A stretch of 64,000 bases of DNA, taken from positions 15,373-79,372 of the forward strand of contig CACPHX010000003.1 in NCBI GenBank assembly GCA_902633975.1. The letters are read 5' to 3'. The stretch comes from an uncultured Marinoscillum sp. GTDB taxonomy: Bacteria > Bacteroidota > Bacteroidia > Cytophagales > MED-G16. The notes under the pieces were generated by a model. The model ran no database searches. It saw nothing but the letters and a program-made list of their open reading frames with translations, and had not been told where the DNA came from. Positions 47,676 to 58,815 of the stretch are shown in pieces. Made by a program: the position numbers and the translations under genes. The first letter of the stretch is position 1. Every line of letters begins with the position of its first letter.

Positions 47676-49264
47676 TTTTTTCTACCAATTGACTCATATA
47701 ATAAACTTTTCCAATCTGGAGTTTTTGATTTTTCTTCATCAACAATTTTCTTAACGTCTTCTAATAGTAACCTCGCATCATAAACTATTCCGTCTTTGAT
47801 TGTCTTCTCTACTCCTCCCACTCTTACAACATCATTTTCTTCATCAAGTTTTATATCTCCAGTAGCATATAAATATTTTAGATTTTTAAGTGGATTTTCA
47901 TCCATTAATATTAAATCTGCTAGTTTTCCAACTTCTACGGTTCCAATCTTATCTTCCATTCCAATTGCCTCTGCTGCGTGTAGAGTACCTGCTCTTATTA
48001 CTTCCATGGGATGAAAACCTGCTTCTCTTAATAGTTCTAATTCTTGAACGAAACCAAAACCATACAGATTATACATATAACCGGAATCAGATCCAGCTGT
48101 CACTCTTCCACCTCTATTTTTATATTCGTTTATGAATGTCATCCACAGCTTGTAATTTTCTTTCCATTCTGTTTCTAATTCAGATCCCCAATCATAATAA
48201 GCAGCTGCGTGTGAATCTCTCGATGGTAAGAAAAATTTTAAAAGTTGGGGCCTAGTATAATCTTTATGCCAAGGCAAGCTACTTCCTCTTTGAACATCTC
48301 TGAATACACTGTAAGGTACAAATGTCACATCAATTGTGAAATCCAGAGATATCAATTCATTCATAACGTCATTCCATTTCTTTGAATAAGGTTCTGCAGC
48401 TTGTTTCCATAGTTTTCCTGCTTCCTCAAATCTGTTTCCTTCATTCATATAATTATAATCAAGAGGATAATTTTGAATTGTTTTGTTTTCAAATAATGCT
48501 TCGGGTAGCCCATACCAATGTTCCATAGTAGTTAAACCATTTCTTGCTGTTTGTAATACATTCATTTCAGCTACATCCATTTGGGCATGATGACATGCCG
48601 ATCTTAAACCAATTCTCTTATTTTCTTGTAGAGCAGCTTTAAAAATATCAGGTCTCGATCCAAAAAACTTAACTCCGTCTGCTCCTTTTTCTTTATTTTT
48701 CCTAATCCATTCAACTGCCTCATTTGGTGAATTAATACCATTTTTTGATCCTTGACCAAAACTGGTATAGGCTAAGATTCTTGGTGCAGTAATTTCATTT
48801 TTTTGACTTTTATTTTTTTGATCCAACACCCAATCTAAACCCTGACCACATGATGGATCTCTAACGGTAGTTATCCCATGAGCCATCCAAAGTTTAAATA
48901 CGTATTCTGCCTCACCAGATCTCTGAGATGAAATATGTCCGTGCATATCAATAAATCCTGGAAGTAAATATTTTCCTTGAGCATCAATTTCAATTCCTCC
49001 TTTTTCAAGTATGGGTCTTCTGCTTTCTTTTATCTCTAATCCTGGATACCCTACATTTATAATTTTTTTAATAATATTTTTTTCTATAACTACATCAACA
49101 GGTCCAGTAGGTGGAGCTCCGTTTCCATTTATTAATGTTGCACCCCTTATGATCAGTTGGTTGTATGGACCCTCTCCTCTATATCTTTCAGGTGCTTTAT
49201 CTATTTGTGAGAAAATATTATTGTTAATAAAGAGTATAATTGAAATTAGAATGATGTTTTTCAT
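47672..49264 (-). CDS. Exported amidohydrolase family protein
   Basis: Signal peptide. GFIDMHGHI metal motif. C-terminal GTVEVGKLADLIL is typical of the amidohydrolase superfamily. Confidence 0.75.
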   Translation of the reverse strand: MKNIILISIILFINNNIFSQIDKAPERYRGEGPYNQLIIRGATLINGNGAPPTGPVDVVIEKNIIKKIINVGYPGLEIKESRRPILEKGGIEIDAQGKYLLPGFIDMHGHISSQRSGEAEYVFKLWMAHGITTVRDPSCGQGLDWVLDQKNKSQKNEITAPRILAYTSFGQGSKNGINSPNEAVEWIRKNKEKGADGVKFFGSRPDIFKAALQENKRIGLRSACHHAQMDVAEMNVLQTARNGLTTMEHWYGLPEALFENKTIQNYPLDYNYMNEGNRFEEAGKLWKQAAEPYSKKWNDVMNELISLDFTIDVTFVPYSVFRDVQRGSSLPWHKDYTRPQLLKFFLPSRDSHAAAYYDWGSELETEWKENYKLWMTFINEYKNRGGRVTAGSDSGYMYNLYGFGFVQELELLREAGFHPMEVIRAGTLHAAEAIGMEDKIGTVEVGKLADLILMDENPLKNLKYLYATGDIKLDEENDVVRVGGVEKTIKDGIVYDARLLLEDVKKIVDEEKSKTPDWKSLLYESIGRKN

Positions 49265-49329
49265 GTGTGTATAGTTTTACTTTTACTAAATTTATAATAA
49301 ATAATTATTAATAACTAAAACAGATTCAA

Positions 49330-49881
49330 ATGGCCTTAACATATTCTCAAATGCTTCCCTTAGGAACTGATTTCCCAAAATTTAAATTACACAATGTCAT
49401 AAATGATAAACAATTTAATTCAGATGATTGTAAATTAAAGGATTGCATTCTTGTAATGGTAATTTGTAATCATTGTCCCTACGTTATTCATTACCATGAT
49501 CAATTGAAAAAGCTAGTATCAGATTTCAGTCAATCAGTAAGTTTCATAGCAATTAGTTCAAATAATGTTATTACACACCCAGAAGATTCTCCTGATAAAA
49601 TGAAAAAATTATTTCAAAAATTAAATTTTGATTTTCCTTACTTATATGATGAAAATCAGGATGTTGCAAGATTATTTAAAGCTGAATGTACACCAGAATT
49701 TTATCTTTACGATAATTTAAAAAAATTAGTTTATAGGGGTAGGTTAGATGATTCTTCGCCAGGTAATGGTAAAGAAATTGATGGTAAAGACTTGAGATCT
49801 GCAATTGACTCTCTTCTTACAGGAAAAAAAATAAGCTCTGAACAGTTTCCAAGTATGGGTTGTAACATTAAATGGAAATAA
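49330..49881 (+). CDS. Thioredoxin-fold (AhpC/TSA-like) protein
   Basis: CNHCPY active-site-like motif and TPEFYLYD in a thioredoxin-fold context. Confidence 0.7.
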   Translation: MALTYSQMLPLGTDFPKFKLHNVINDKQFNSDDCKLKDCILVMVICNHCPYVIHYHDQLKKLVSDFSQSVSFIAISSNNVITHPEDSPDKMKKLFQKLNFDFPYLYDENQDVARLFKAECTPEFYLYDNLKKLVYRGRLDDSSPGNGKEIDGKDLRSAIDSLLTGKKISSEQFPSMGCNIKWK

Positions 49882-49959
49882 AATCATTTGAATAGATGTT
49901 TTCTTCATTTTATTAAAAAATCTCTATTATTGCTATCCAATTTTAAAATATAGTAGATT

Positions 49960-51186
49960 ATGGCACCAAATAAGATAAGTTTTACTGAGGGTAAAATTAA
50001 TGTTCCGGATAATCCAATTATTCCTTTTATTGAAGGCGACGGAATCGGCGTTGACATATGGCCAGCAAGTAAGCATGTTTTTGATTCTGCCGTAGAAAAA
50101 GCATATGGTGGCAAAAGAAAAATTGAATGGAAGGAAGTTTTGGCAGGTGAGAAGGCCTATGATAGTACAGGAAATTGGCTTCCTCTAGAAACACTCGATG
50201 CTTTTAGGGAATATTTGGTTGGTATCAAAGGCCCATTAACAACACCAGTTGGGGGTGGGATAACATCTTTAAATGTTGCTCTCAGACAAAAATTAGATTT
50301 ATTTGCTTGTGTAAGGCCCGTAAAATGGTTTGATGGTACTCCTTCACCAGTAAAGGATCCCTCTACATCAGATATGATAATTTTTAGAGAGAATACAGAA
50401 GATATCTATGCAGGAATTGAGTTTGAGAATGGAACAAAAGATAATGAAATAATTAAAGATCTGATTAAAGAAAATTTTAAAGATAGATTTAGTAAAATTA
50501 GATTTCCTAGTACTGTAGGGATTGGTATTAAACCTATTTCCGTAGAGGGAACAAATAGACTAGTTAGATCTGCCATAAAATATGCAATTCAATATAAAAA
50601 AAGATCTGTCACATTAGTTCACAAAGGAAACATAATGAAATATACTGAAGGAGCATTTAGAGATTGGGGATATCAATTAGCAAAAGATGAATTTGGTGCA
50701 GTAGATTATGAGGGAGGCCCATGGCAAGTGATTAATTCTGGAGATCATAAAATCATCATTAAGGATGTTATAGCTGATGCATTTCTTCAACAAATTCTTT
50801 TAAGGCCAAAAGAATATTCTGTGATTGCAACAATGAATTTAAATGGTGATTACATTTCAGATGCACTCGCTGCTATTGTTGGAGGGATAGGAATTGCACC
50901 TGGTGCAAATATTAATTACCAATCTGGTCATGCAATTTTTGAGGCTACTCATGGGACTGCTCCAAAGTATGCAGGTCAAGATAAAGTTAATCCAGGATCA
51001 GTAATTCTATCAGGGGCCATGATGTTAGAATATCTGGGGTGGAAAGAGGCAAAAAATTTGATTCACCATGGATTAACAAAAGCCATACTTTCTGGAAAAG
51101 TTACTTACGATTTCGAAAGATTAATGGATAATGCAACTCTACTTTCTTGTTCTGAGTTTGGTAGAGAAATTGTGAAAAATATGTAA
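49960..51186 (+). CDS. icd: NADP-dependent isocitrate dehydrogenase (homodimeric type)
   Basis: [42 protein letters not shown] and [11 protein letters not shown]. Confidence 0.9.
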   Translation: MAPNKISFTEGKINVPDNPIIPFIEGDGIGVDIWPASKHVFDSAVEKAYGGKRKIEWKEVLAGEKAYDSTGNWLPLETLDAFREYLVGIKGPLTTPVGGGITSLNVALRQKLDLFACVRPVKWFDGTPSPVKDPSTSDMIIFRENTEDIYAGIEFENGTKDNEIIKDLIKENFKDRFSKIRFPSTVGIGIKPISVEGTNRLVRSAIKYAIQYKKRSVTLVHKGNIMKYTEGAFRDWGYQLAKDEFGAVDYEGGPWQVINSGDHKIIIKDVIADAFLQQILLRPKEYSVIATMNLNGDYISDALAAIVGGIGIAPGANINYQSGHAIFEATHGTAPKYAGQDKVNPGSVILSGAMMLEYLGWKEAKNLIHHGLTKAILSGKVTYDFERLMDNATLLSCSEFGREIVKNM

Positions 51187-51209
51187 ATTCAACCATCATA
51201 TCTATTCAA

Positions 51210-52367
51210 ATGTCTGAAAAACAAAAAGTTTATGTTTTTGATACTACTCTTCGTGATGGGGAGCAGGTTCCTGGTTGTCAATTAAATACTGATGAAAAAG
51301 TAGAAATAGCATTGGGTTTAGAGGATCTAGGTGTTGATATAATTGAAGCAGGTTTTCCTATATCTAGTCCTGGAGATTTTAATTCAGTTGTGGAAATATC
51401 AAAAAATGTAAAGAGACCTATTATATGTGCACTATCAAGAGCATTGGTTGATGATATCAATATGGCACACGTTTCTCTTAAAAGTGCCAAGAGAAGAAGG
51501 TTGCATACTGGAATTGGATCATCAGACATCCACATTAAACACAAGTTTAACTCCACTAGGGATAAAATTTTAGATCAAGCAGTTGCAGCTGTTAAATATG
51601 CAAGAAGATATTTTGAAGATATTGAATTTTATCCTGAGGATGCAGGAAGAGCAGACCCTGATTTTTTGGCAAAAATGGTTGAAAAAGTTATTGATGCCGG
51701 AGCTACAGTGATAAATATTGCTGATACAACTGGATATAATTTACCAGAGATGTATGGAAAAAAAATAAAAAATTTATTTGACAGAGTTCCTAATATTGAT
51801 AAAGCTATTGTTTCAGTTCATTGTCATAATGATCTAGGATTAGCGACTGCAAATTCTTTAGCTGGATTACAAAATGGAGCTAGGCAAGTTGAAGGAACTA
51901 TTAATGGAATTGGGGAGAGAGCAGGTAATACATCAATTGAAGAGGTAGTTATGGCATTGAAAGCACACCCTGATTTGAATTTATCAACAGGTATTGATAC
52001 AAAAAAAATAATTAAACTGAGTAAAAAAGTTAGCAGAATGATGAATATGCCAGTTCAAAAAAATAAGGCTATTGTTGGGGCAAATGCATTTGCTCATTCA
52101 TCGGGTATTCATCAAGATGGTTTTTTAAAAAATAGAGATAATTATGAAATTATTAATCCTGAGGATGTTGGATTAGACTCATCTTCAATTGATTTAACGG
52201 CAAGAAGTGGTAGAGCTGCATTGAGGCACAGACTTAGCCTGTTAGGTTATGAGTTTTCAAAAATTGAATTAGAAACTTTGTACGTTAGATTTATAGAGCT
52301 AGCTGATGAAAAAAAACTTCTACATGATGAAGATTTAATTGAATTAGTTAAAGAAAAAAATGGGTAA
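51210..52367 (+). CDS. leuA: 2-isopropylmalate synthase, short form lacking the C-terminal regulatory domain
   Basis: [21 protein letters not shown] and [11 protein letters not shown]. Only 385 aa. Sits at the head of leuCDB. Confidence 0.8.
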   Translation: MSEKQKVYVFDTTLRDGEQVPGCQLNTDEKVEIALGLEDLGVDIIEAGFPISSPGDFNSVVEISKNVKRPIICALSRALVDDINMAHVSLKSAKRRRLHTGIGSSDIHIKHKFNSTRDKILDQAVAAVKYARRYFEDIEFYPEDAGRADPDFLAKMVEKVIDAGATVINIADTTGYNLPEMYGKKIKNLFDRVPNIDKAIVSVHCHNDLGLATANSLAGLQNGARQVEGTINGIGERAGNTSIEEVVMALKAHPDLNLSTGIDTKKIIKLSKKVSRMMNMPVQKNKAIVGANAFAHSSGIHQDGFLKNRDNYEIINPEDVGLDSSSIDLTARSGRAALRHRLSLLGYEFSKIELETLYVRFIELADEKKLLHDEDLIELVKEKNG

Positions 52368-53751
52368 AACATTATTTGATAAAGTATGGGAAGAACATGT
52401 AGTAGACTCAATTCCTAACGGTCCAGATATTCTCTATATTGACAAACACCTCATTCACGAAGTTACTAGCCCCCAAGCTTTTGACGGAATTAACTCAAGA
52501 AAAATAAATGTATTTAGACCTGATCGAACTATAGCAACAGCTGACCATAATGTTCCAACTGAAAATCAGCATTTGCCAATTAAGGAAGAATTATCAAGAA
52601 AACAAGTAGAAAAACTTACAGCTAATTGTAAAGAACACAATATTAAATTATATGGCTTAGGTCATAAATATCAAGGTATTGTACATGTAATAGGACCAGA
52701 ACTAGGTCTAACCCAGCCAGGAATGACAATTGTATGTGGTGATAGTCATACCTCAACTCATGGCGCATTTGGTTCTATTGCCTTTGGTATTGGAACTAGT
52801 GAAGTCGAAATGGTACTTTCAACTCAATGTATTCTCCAAAATAAACCAAAAACCATGAGAATAGAGATTAATGGTGAGTTAAACTCGGGTGTATACTCTA
52901 AAGATATTATTTTGTATATAATATCTAAAATTAGTGCATCTGGAGGCACTGGATATTTTGTGGAGTACGCTGGTTCTGCTATTGAAAAATTATCAATGGA
53001 GTCGAGAATGACTATTTGTAATATGAGCATTGAAATGGGAGCAAGAGGGGGGATGATCGCACCAGATGAAATAACTTACAAATATTTAAAGGATAAAGAG
53101 TTTGCACCTAAAGGAATAGAACTGGATAAAAAAATAAAATATTGGAATACACTCAGATCAGATGCAGATGCAAATTATGATAAGGTATTAAAATTTGACG
53201 CTGAAGATATTCAACCAATGATAACCTACGGTACTAATCCTGGAATGGGAATTAAAATTGATGAGGAAATTCCTAGCTCAGCTATAAACAGTTCCAAACA
53301 TTCTTTTGAAAAGTCTCTTAGATATATGGGTATTAATTCTGGGGACAAACTTAAAAATAAAAAAATTGATTATGTATTTATAGGTAGTTGTACTAATTCA
53401 AGAATAGAGGATCTGAGGTCTGCAGCAGATATAATAAAAGGTAAAACTAAATCGCCACATGTTCATGCTTGGGTAATCCCAGGGTCTAAATCAGTAGAGA
53501 GGGCTGCAATTAATGAAGGTTTAGATAAAGTTTTTATTGATGCTGGTTTTGATTTTAGGCAGCCAGGATGCTCAGCTTGTTTAGCTATGAACGAAGATAA
53601 AATACCAAAGGGAAAATACTGCTTATCTACTTCTAATAGAAATTTTGAGGGAAGACAAGGACCAGGATCTAGAACTTTTTTAGCAAGTCCTGCAACAGCT
53701 GCATTATCTGCAATTAGTGGTCATGTATCAGATGTAAGAGATTATTTATAA
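52360..53751 (+). CDS. leuC: 3-isopropylmalate dehydratase large subunit
   Basis: Aconitase-family motifs [25 protein letters not shown] and CSACLAMN. Confidence 0.95.
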   Translation: MGKTLFDKVWEEHVVDSIPNGPDILYIDKHLIHEVTSPQAFDGINSRKINVFRPDRTIATADHNVPTENQHLPIKEELSRKQVEKLTANCKEHNIKLYGLGHKYQGIVHVIGPELGLTQPGMTIVCGDSHTSTHGAFGSIAFGIGTSEVEMVLSTQCILQNKPKTMRIEINGELNSGVYSKDIILYIISKISASGGTGYFVEYAGSAIEKLSMESRMTICNMSIEMGARGGMIAPDEITYKYLKDKEFAPKGIELDKKIKYWNTLRSDADANYDKVLKFDAEDIQPMITYGTNPGMGIKIDEEIPSSAINSSKHSFEKSLRYMGINSGDKLKNKKIDYVFIGSCTNSRIEDLRSAADIIKGKTKSPHVHAWVIPGSKSVERAAINEGLDKVFIDAGFDFRQPGCSACLAMNEDKIPKGKYCLSTSNRNFEGRQGPGSRTFLASPATAALSAISGHVSDVRDYL

Positions 53752-53752
53752 T

Positions 53753-54343
53753 ATGGAAAAGTTCGTAAAACTAAAATCAACTATTACGCCTTTAAATATT
53801 GAGAATATAGATACGGATCAAATTATTCCAGCAAGATTTTTAAAGGCAGTTTCTCGAGATGGCTTTGGAGAAAATTTATTTAGAGATTGGAGATACTGTT
53901 CAGATGGGAATTTGAATAACGACTTTATTTTAAATTCTAAACCAAAAAACTCAAAAATACTTTTGGCAGGAAGAAACTTTGGATGTGGGTCAAGTAGAGA
54001 ACATGCTGCATGGGCTATACATGACTATGGTTTTAGGGTTGTTATAAGTAGCTTCTTTGCTGATATTTTTAAAAATAATGCATTAAATAATGGTTTATTA
54101 GTATTTGAATTGGATGAAAATTTAATTCAAAAGATTTTTAAAAAAATATCTAATGAATCTAATATTGAATTTGAAACTGATTTGAATGAACAAAAATTTT
54201 ATTCCTTAGATGGCAGTATTGATGAAAAGTTTCAAATTAATGATTACAATAAAATATGTTTACTTAAAGGTTATGATAATGTAGATTATCTATTAAGCAT
54301 AAAAGAAAAAATATTAAAGTTTGAAAATGAAACGGGCAGGTAA
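53753..54343 (+). CDS. leuD: 3-isopropylmalate dehydratase small subunit
   Basis: NIDTDQIIPARFL and GRNFGCGSSREHAAWA. Confidence 0.95.
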   Translation: MEKFVKLKSTITPLNIENIDTDQIIPARFLKAVSRDGFGENLFRDWRYCSDGNLNNDFILNSKPKNSKILLAGRNFGCGSSREHAAWAIHDYGFRVVISSFFADIFKNNALNNGLLVFELDENLIQKIFKKISNESNIEFETDLNEQKFYSLDGSIDEKFQINDYNKICLLKGYDNVDYLLSIKEKILKFENETGR

Positions 54344-55403
54344 AAAAATAGCTTTGTTAAGTGGTGATGGTATTGGACCTGAAGTAATTAGAGAATCAGT
54401 CAAAGTTCTTGATACCCTCTCAAGTAATTCAGATATAAATTTTTCTTATTACGATGCTCCCATAGGTGCGAAAGCAATTGATAAATATGGGAACCCTTTC
54501 CCTGATAAAACAAAAAAAATATGCGATAGTTGTGACGCAATATTGTTTGGAGCGATAGGGGATCCAAAGTACGATAATAATCCAAAAGCTAAAATGAGGC
54601 CTGAAGATGGGCTTCTTGAAATGAGAAAATATTTAGGTCTATACGCCAATATAAGACCTGTTAAGGTTTATGAATCTCTAATAAATTCTTCGCCATTAAA
54701 AGCTTCAATTTTAAAAAATACTGATTTTATTGTTTTTAGAGAACTTACTGGAGGTATTTACTTTGGAGAGAAAGGTCTTGATCAAAAAAAATCAATTGCA
54801 TTTGATACGTGTAGATATACCAGGGAGGAGATTGAGAGAATATCTCATATAGCATTTAAAGAGGCAAAAAAAAGGAAAAATATTTTAACATTAGTTGACA
54901 AGGCAAATGTTTTAGAGACTTCAAGACTTTGGAGAGAAGTAGTACAAAATATGTCTAATGATTACAGTGATGTAAAAGTCCAATATCTTTTTGTTGATAA
55001 TGCAGCCATGAAAATAATAACAAATCCATCTGATTTTGATGTAATATTAACAGAAAATATGTTTGGTGATATAATAACAGATGAAGCCTCAGTTATAACT
55101 GGATCAATTGGCATGTTACCTTCTGCTTCAATTGGTAATAAGATTTCGTTATTTGAACCAATTCATGGATCTTATCCACAAGCTGCAGGAAAAAATATAG
55201 CAAATCCAATGGCGATGATACTTTCTTCGAGTATGATGTTAGATCTTTCATTTGGACTCAAAAAATATTCTAAAAATATAAATCAAGCTGTTTCAGATGC
55301 ATTAGATAAAGGTATTGTTACACAGGATATTAATCATGAAAAGAATTACTCTACTTCTTATGTTGGTGATTGGATATCAGAAAGAGTAAAAAAATTGTTG
55401 TAA
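54321..55403 (+). CDS. leuB: 3-isopropylmalate dehydrogenase
   Basis: GDGIGPEV, LYANIRP, NMFGDIITDEAS and EPIHGSYPQAAGKNIANP. Overlaps the leuD end; the exact start is uncertain. Confidence 0.9.
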   Translation: MKMKRAGKKIALLSGDGIGPEVIRESVKVLDTLSSNSDINFSYYDAPIGAKAIDKYGNPFPDKTKKICDSCDAILFGAIGDPKYDNNPKAKMRPEDGLLEMRKYLGLYANIRPVKVYESLINSSPLKASILKNTDFIVFRELTGGIYFGEKGLDQKKSIAFDTCRYTREEIERISHIAFKEAKKRKNILTLVDKANVLETSRLWREVVQNMSNDYSDVKVQYLFVDNAAMKIITNPSDFDVILTENMFGDIITDEASVITGSIGMLPSASIGNKISLFEPIHGSYPQAAGKNIANPMAMILSSSMMLDLSFGLKKYSKNINQAVSDALDKGIVTQDINHEKNYSTSYVGDWISERVKKLL

Positions 55404-55460
55404 TTTTACTTTAATTAATAATTAGATATTTTTATTTTATTTTCTATTATATATTAAAAT

Positions 55461-55790
55461 ATGAAAAAAAGTATATTGTTTTTATTTTTTTTAAGCTTTT
55501 CTTTTTCTTCTTTCTCTCAAGAAAAAGATAGAAATAAACTTTATGAATTATATCCCAATCCTGCCATTGACCATATTAATATAAAATTTAAAGATATAAA
55601 TTTTATTGACAACCAATCAATATCTGTTTTCTCATTAATTGGTAATCCCCTAAATATTGAGACTGAGAGGCTTGAAGATAATATTATTCAAATATCTCTT
55701 AGAGAGGTAAATTCTGGAATTTATTTTTTATCTATCAAAAATATTATTACAAATGAGAGAGAAATTTTAAAATTTTTAAAAGTTAATTGA
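55461..55790 (+). CDS. Signal peptide plus T9SS type A C-terminal sorting domain only (no evident cargo)
   Basis: MKKSILFLFFLSFSFSSFSQ, then within ~8 residues YELYPNPAIDHINIKF ... GIYFLSIK ... KFLKVN (Por_Secre_tail pattern). Confidence 0.65.
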   Translation: MKKSILFLFFLSFSFSSFSQEKDRNKLYELYPNPAIDHINIKFKDINFIDNQSISVFSLIGNPLNIETERLEDNIIQISLREVNSGIYFLSIKNIITNEREILKFLKVN

Positions 55791-58728
55791 CTGAACTTTT
55801 AGTGTAATTTTTTTCAAAAAGTTCTCTATATTTTTTTGATAGATCTCTATTATTAGTCTTACTGAATGCCCTAGCCAAAGTATTAAGTGATACAAGATTT
55901 CTTTGGATTTCGTATTTATTATTAATTTTTTCATCAAAATAATAGTTTAAAACTTCGTCTGCTCTAACGCTTGTAATTTCTGCAATTTCATTAGCTAATT
56001 CCATTGTTTCAAAATTAGCTTTTTGATTAAGATCAATAAGGAATTCAACTAATTGAACTGAAAAATGGTCATACATTATGGATTTGTCAGGCATTAACTG
56101 TAAACATTTGTTAATTACTATTTGTGCATCCTCATATCTTTTTTTATCTATCAAATTTCTAATAAGAGTATTAAAGTTAGATCTATAATTCATAATAAAA
56201 CCTCTATGATCTTCCGAGAAATAAGCTTTTTCATTATCAAGACCTCTCCAAAACGAATTATTCATGAGATTATCATACATTTTATCTGTATCAATAAAAC
56301 TTGAGTTAGATAAATTTTGAATAGGAAGTAGTTTGTAAACAAATCCTTCTTGAATTACATGTCTTTTAAGATCTATACCAATACCGTTAAGTGATGTATT
56401 ATTAAAATATATTGGTCTTTTCCAATTTCCTTTCTGAAGAATATCAAGAAATGCCAAATCTTTTTTTTCAAGACCATTCTTATTTCCTTTAATTCTTAAT
56501 ATGAGCGTGTCTTGATAGTAATTCTTTAAATTATTTGGTAATAGATTTTCATTGAAATCAAAATCAGTTAAATAAAATGATTTTGAAGGTACCGTATTGT
56601 AGTTCCTAAATTGAATTGCCTTAACATTTCTATTAACAAACTCAATATATTTTTTTAAATTAATGGACCTTTCATCATTTGCCCTAATAGGTAGGTAATC
56701 ATTATACCCGCCCTGAATATAGTTATCTAGATCAATGCTGAAATTTATTTTATCTGACTTATTTTTCTTTGACATCATTTGTTCAATATACCAGTCAGTA
56801 TTAAAATAACTCAATACAATAACTCTAACATCTGTTCGAAAATTTTCTACTTCTTGAGCATACCATAGAGGGAAAGTATCATTGTCACCACCAGTAAAAA
56901 GTATTGAGTTAGGTTCACAAGATGCTAATAAATTTTTTGCTGAATCTACCGTTAAGAATCTCTCAGATCTGTCGTGATCATCCCAGTTTTCAATAGCAAG
57001 AATCATTGGAGAAGAGAAAGATATTATTCCCGAAAGAAATAATGCTAATTTTTTATTACTAATAAATTTTCCTAAAAAAGTAAATATTGACACAACTCCA
57101 AATCCAATCCATATGGAAAATGTATAGTAAGAACCTGCATAGATATAATCCCTTTCTCTTGGCTCAATTGGTGGACTATTTAGATATACCACAAGAGCGA
57201 GTCCAGTTAATATGAATAAAAGTAATACAACGTAAAAGTTTTTTTTATCGATCAAGTACTGGAAGACAAAACCCAACAAACCTAGAATTAGGGGTATCAT
57301 GAAATAATTATTTCTTGCCTTATTATTTTCAATTGTGTAAGGGACATCATCAAATAAATTTAAAAATCCTAGCCAGTTAGCACCTTGAATGTCAGACGAT
57401 CTTCCAGAAAAATTCCAAAGAAAATACCTTAAATACATATGACCAACTTGATATTTAATAAAAAAAGTTAAATTATCTGAAAAAGTAGGTTTTTCGTTCT
57501 TTGACAATCCTGTTATCTCTCTATATCTTTCAATATGATTAGGAGAAGAACTATACATCCTTGGGAACAAAGTAGTCCTTTTTTTATCATACACATACTT
57601 TAACTTTTTCTCCTTTATTTCATATTTTTCTTCCCCCCTTTTGTATGAAACTCCAATATCATCTTGACCAATAATTTTTGCATCAAAATATTGTCCACTA
57701 AAAAGAGGTCTATAACCATATTGTTCTCTTTTTAGATATGAAATAAAATTTAAAATATTTTCTGGATTATTTTCATCAATAGGTGGATTGTAATTTGATC
57801 TAATTAATACTATTGAGTACGAAGAATATCCAATCAGTATAAAACAAAATGAAAGAAAAGTTGTATTTAATGTTACTTTATTTTGAATTTGACTGTACCA
57901 TAAAATATAAAATATTAAAATGAAGAATACGAATGAAAAAAATATAATTCCGCTTCCAAAAGGCAAACCTAAATTATTAACAAAAATTATCTCAATAGAA
58001 TTGGCAAGAGTTGGAATTCCTGGAATAATTCCTTCAACAATAAAACCAACTGCGATTAATCCAAGAATAAGAGATAGTATTATGCCAATAAAGCTAACCT
58101 TATTATATTTTTTAAAATATATAATCAAAGAAAGTGCTGGAATAGTAACAAGATTAAGGAGGTGTACACCTATTGACAGGCCCATCATGTAAGCTATGAG
58201 TATTATCCATTTATTTTGATCTACTTCAGATTCAAGGCTTTCCCATTTTAAAATTGCCCAAAAAACAAAAGCAGTAAAAAATGAAGACATAGCATAAACT
58301 TCTGATTCAACTGCAGAAAACCAAAAAGAATCAGTAAATGCAAAAGATAAAGATCCAATAAAACCTGAGAGAATAACTAATAATTTATTATTGGAATTTA
58401 ATCTTGGATCAATAACTTTTTTTATCAAATATGTAATAGTCCAAAAAAGAAATAGAATTGTTAATGCACTAGAAACAACACTGAGTAAATTTATTGCTAT
58501 AGCAATATTTTCCGGTACTCCAAATGCAAACATTGAGAAAAATCTACCAAGCAATAGATAAAATGGTGCTCCCGGAGGGTGAGGAACCTCAAGTTTACTT
58601 GAGACAGCAATGAATTCTCCTGCATCCCAAAAACTTGCTGTATCTTCAACAGTTATAGAATATACAATTAGTGCTATTATAAAAGCAGTATAGCCAGAAA
58701 ATTTATTTAATTTTTTATATTCTAACAT
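55783..58728 (-). CDS. DUF2723 (TMEM260-like, GT-C fold) polytopic membrane glycosyltransferase-like protein
   Basis: N-terminal SFWDAGEFIAVSSKLEVPHPPGAPFYLLLGRFF. About 12 TM segments. Large C-terminal soluble region. 981 aa. Confidence 0.8.
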   Translation of the reverse strand: MLEYKKLNKFSGYTAFIIALIVYSITVEDTASFWDAGEFIAVSSKLEVPHPPGAPFYLLLGRFFSMFAFGVPENIAIAINLLSVVSSALTILFLFWTITYLIKKVIDPRLNSNNKLLVILSGFIGSLSFAFTDSFWFSAVESEVYAMSSFFTAFVFWAILKWESLESEVDQNKWIILIAYMMGLSIGVHLLNLVTIPALSLIIYFKKYNKVSFIGIILSLILGLIAVGFIVEGIIPGIPTLANSIEIIFVNNLGLPFGSGIIFFSFVFFILIFYILWYSQIQNKVTLNTTFLSFCFILIGYSSYSIVLIRSNYNPPIDENNPENILNFISYLKREQYGYRPLFSGQYFDAKIIGQDDIGVSYKRGEEKYEIKEKKLKYVYDKKRTTLFPRMYSSSPNHIERYREITGLSKNEKPTFSDNLTFFIKYQVGHMYLRYFLWNFSGRSSDIQGANWLGFLNLFDDVPYTIENNKARNNYFMIPLILGLLGFVFQYLIDKKNFYVVLLLFILTGLALVVYLNSPPIEPRERDYIYAGSYYTFSIWIGFGVVSIFTFLGKFISNKKLALFLSGIISFSSPMILAIENWDDHDRSERFLTVDSAKNLLASCEPNSILFTGGDNDTFPLWYAQEVENFRTDVRVIVLSYFNTDWYIEQMMSKKNKSDKINFSIDLDNYIQGGYNDYLPIRANDERSINLKKYIEFVNRNVKAIQFRNYNTVPSKSFYLTDFDFNENLLPNNLKNYYQDTLILRIKGNKNGLEKKDLAFLDILQKGNWKRPIYFNNTSLNGIGIDLKRHVIQEGFVYKLLPIQNLSNSSFIDTDKMYDNLMNNSFWRGLDNEKAYFSEDHRGFIMNYRSNFNTLIRNLIDKKRYEDAQIVINKCLQLMPDKSIMYDHFSVQLVEFLIDLNQKANFETMELANEIAEITSVRADEVLNYYFDEKINNKYEIQRNLVSLNTLARAFSKTNNRDLSKKYRELFEKNYTKSSVN

Positions 58729-58815
58729 TGCATAACAATAATTGCGAAAATAATTAAAATTATTATAACCTTATTCTATATGATTCAGTTATTTTGTTAA
58801 TAAAATTTAAGAAAA

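Noticed and set aside
51187-51209. A possible leucine leader peptide, attenuator or T-box upstream of leuA.
   Set aside because: The spacer is only 23 nt, too short for any leader or riboswitch structure.
49960-55403. Reading icd-leuACDB as an alpha-aminoadipate lysine pathway (homocitrate synthase, homoaconitase, homoisocitrate dehydrogenase).
   Set aside because: The LeuC, LeuD and LeuB sizes and motifs match the standard bacterial isopropylmalate enzymes. The first gene has canonical NADP-IDH motifs. No lysW/lysX-type genes are present.
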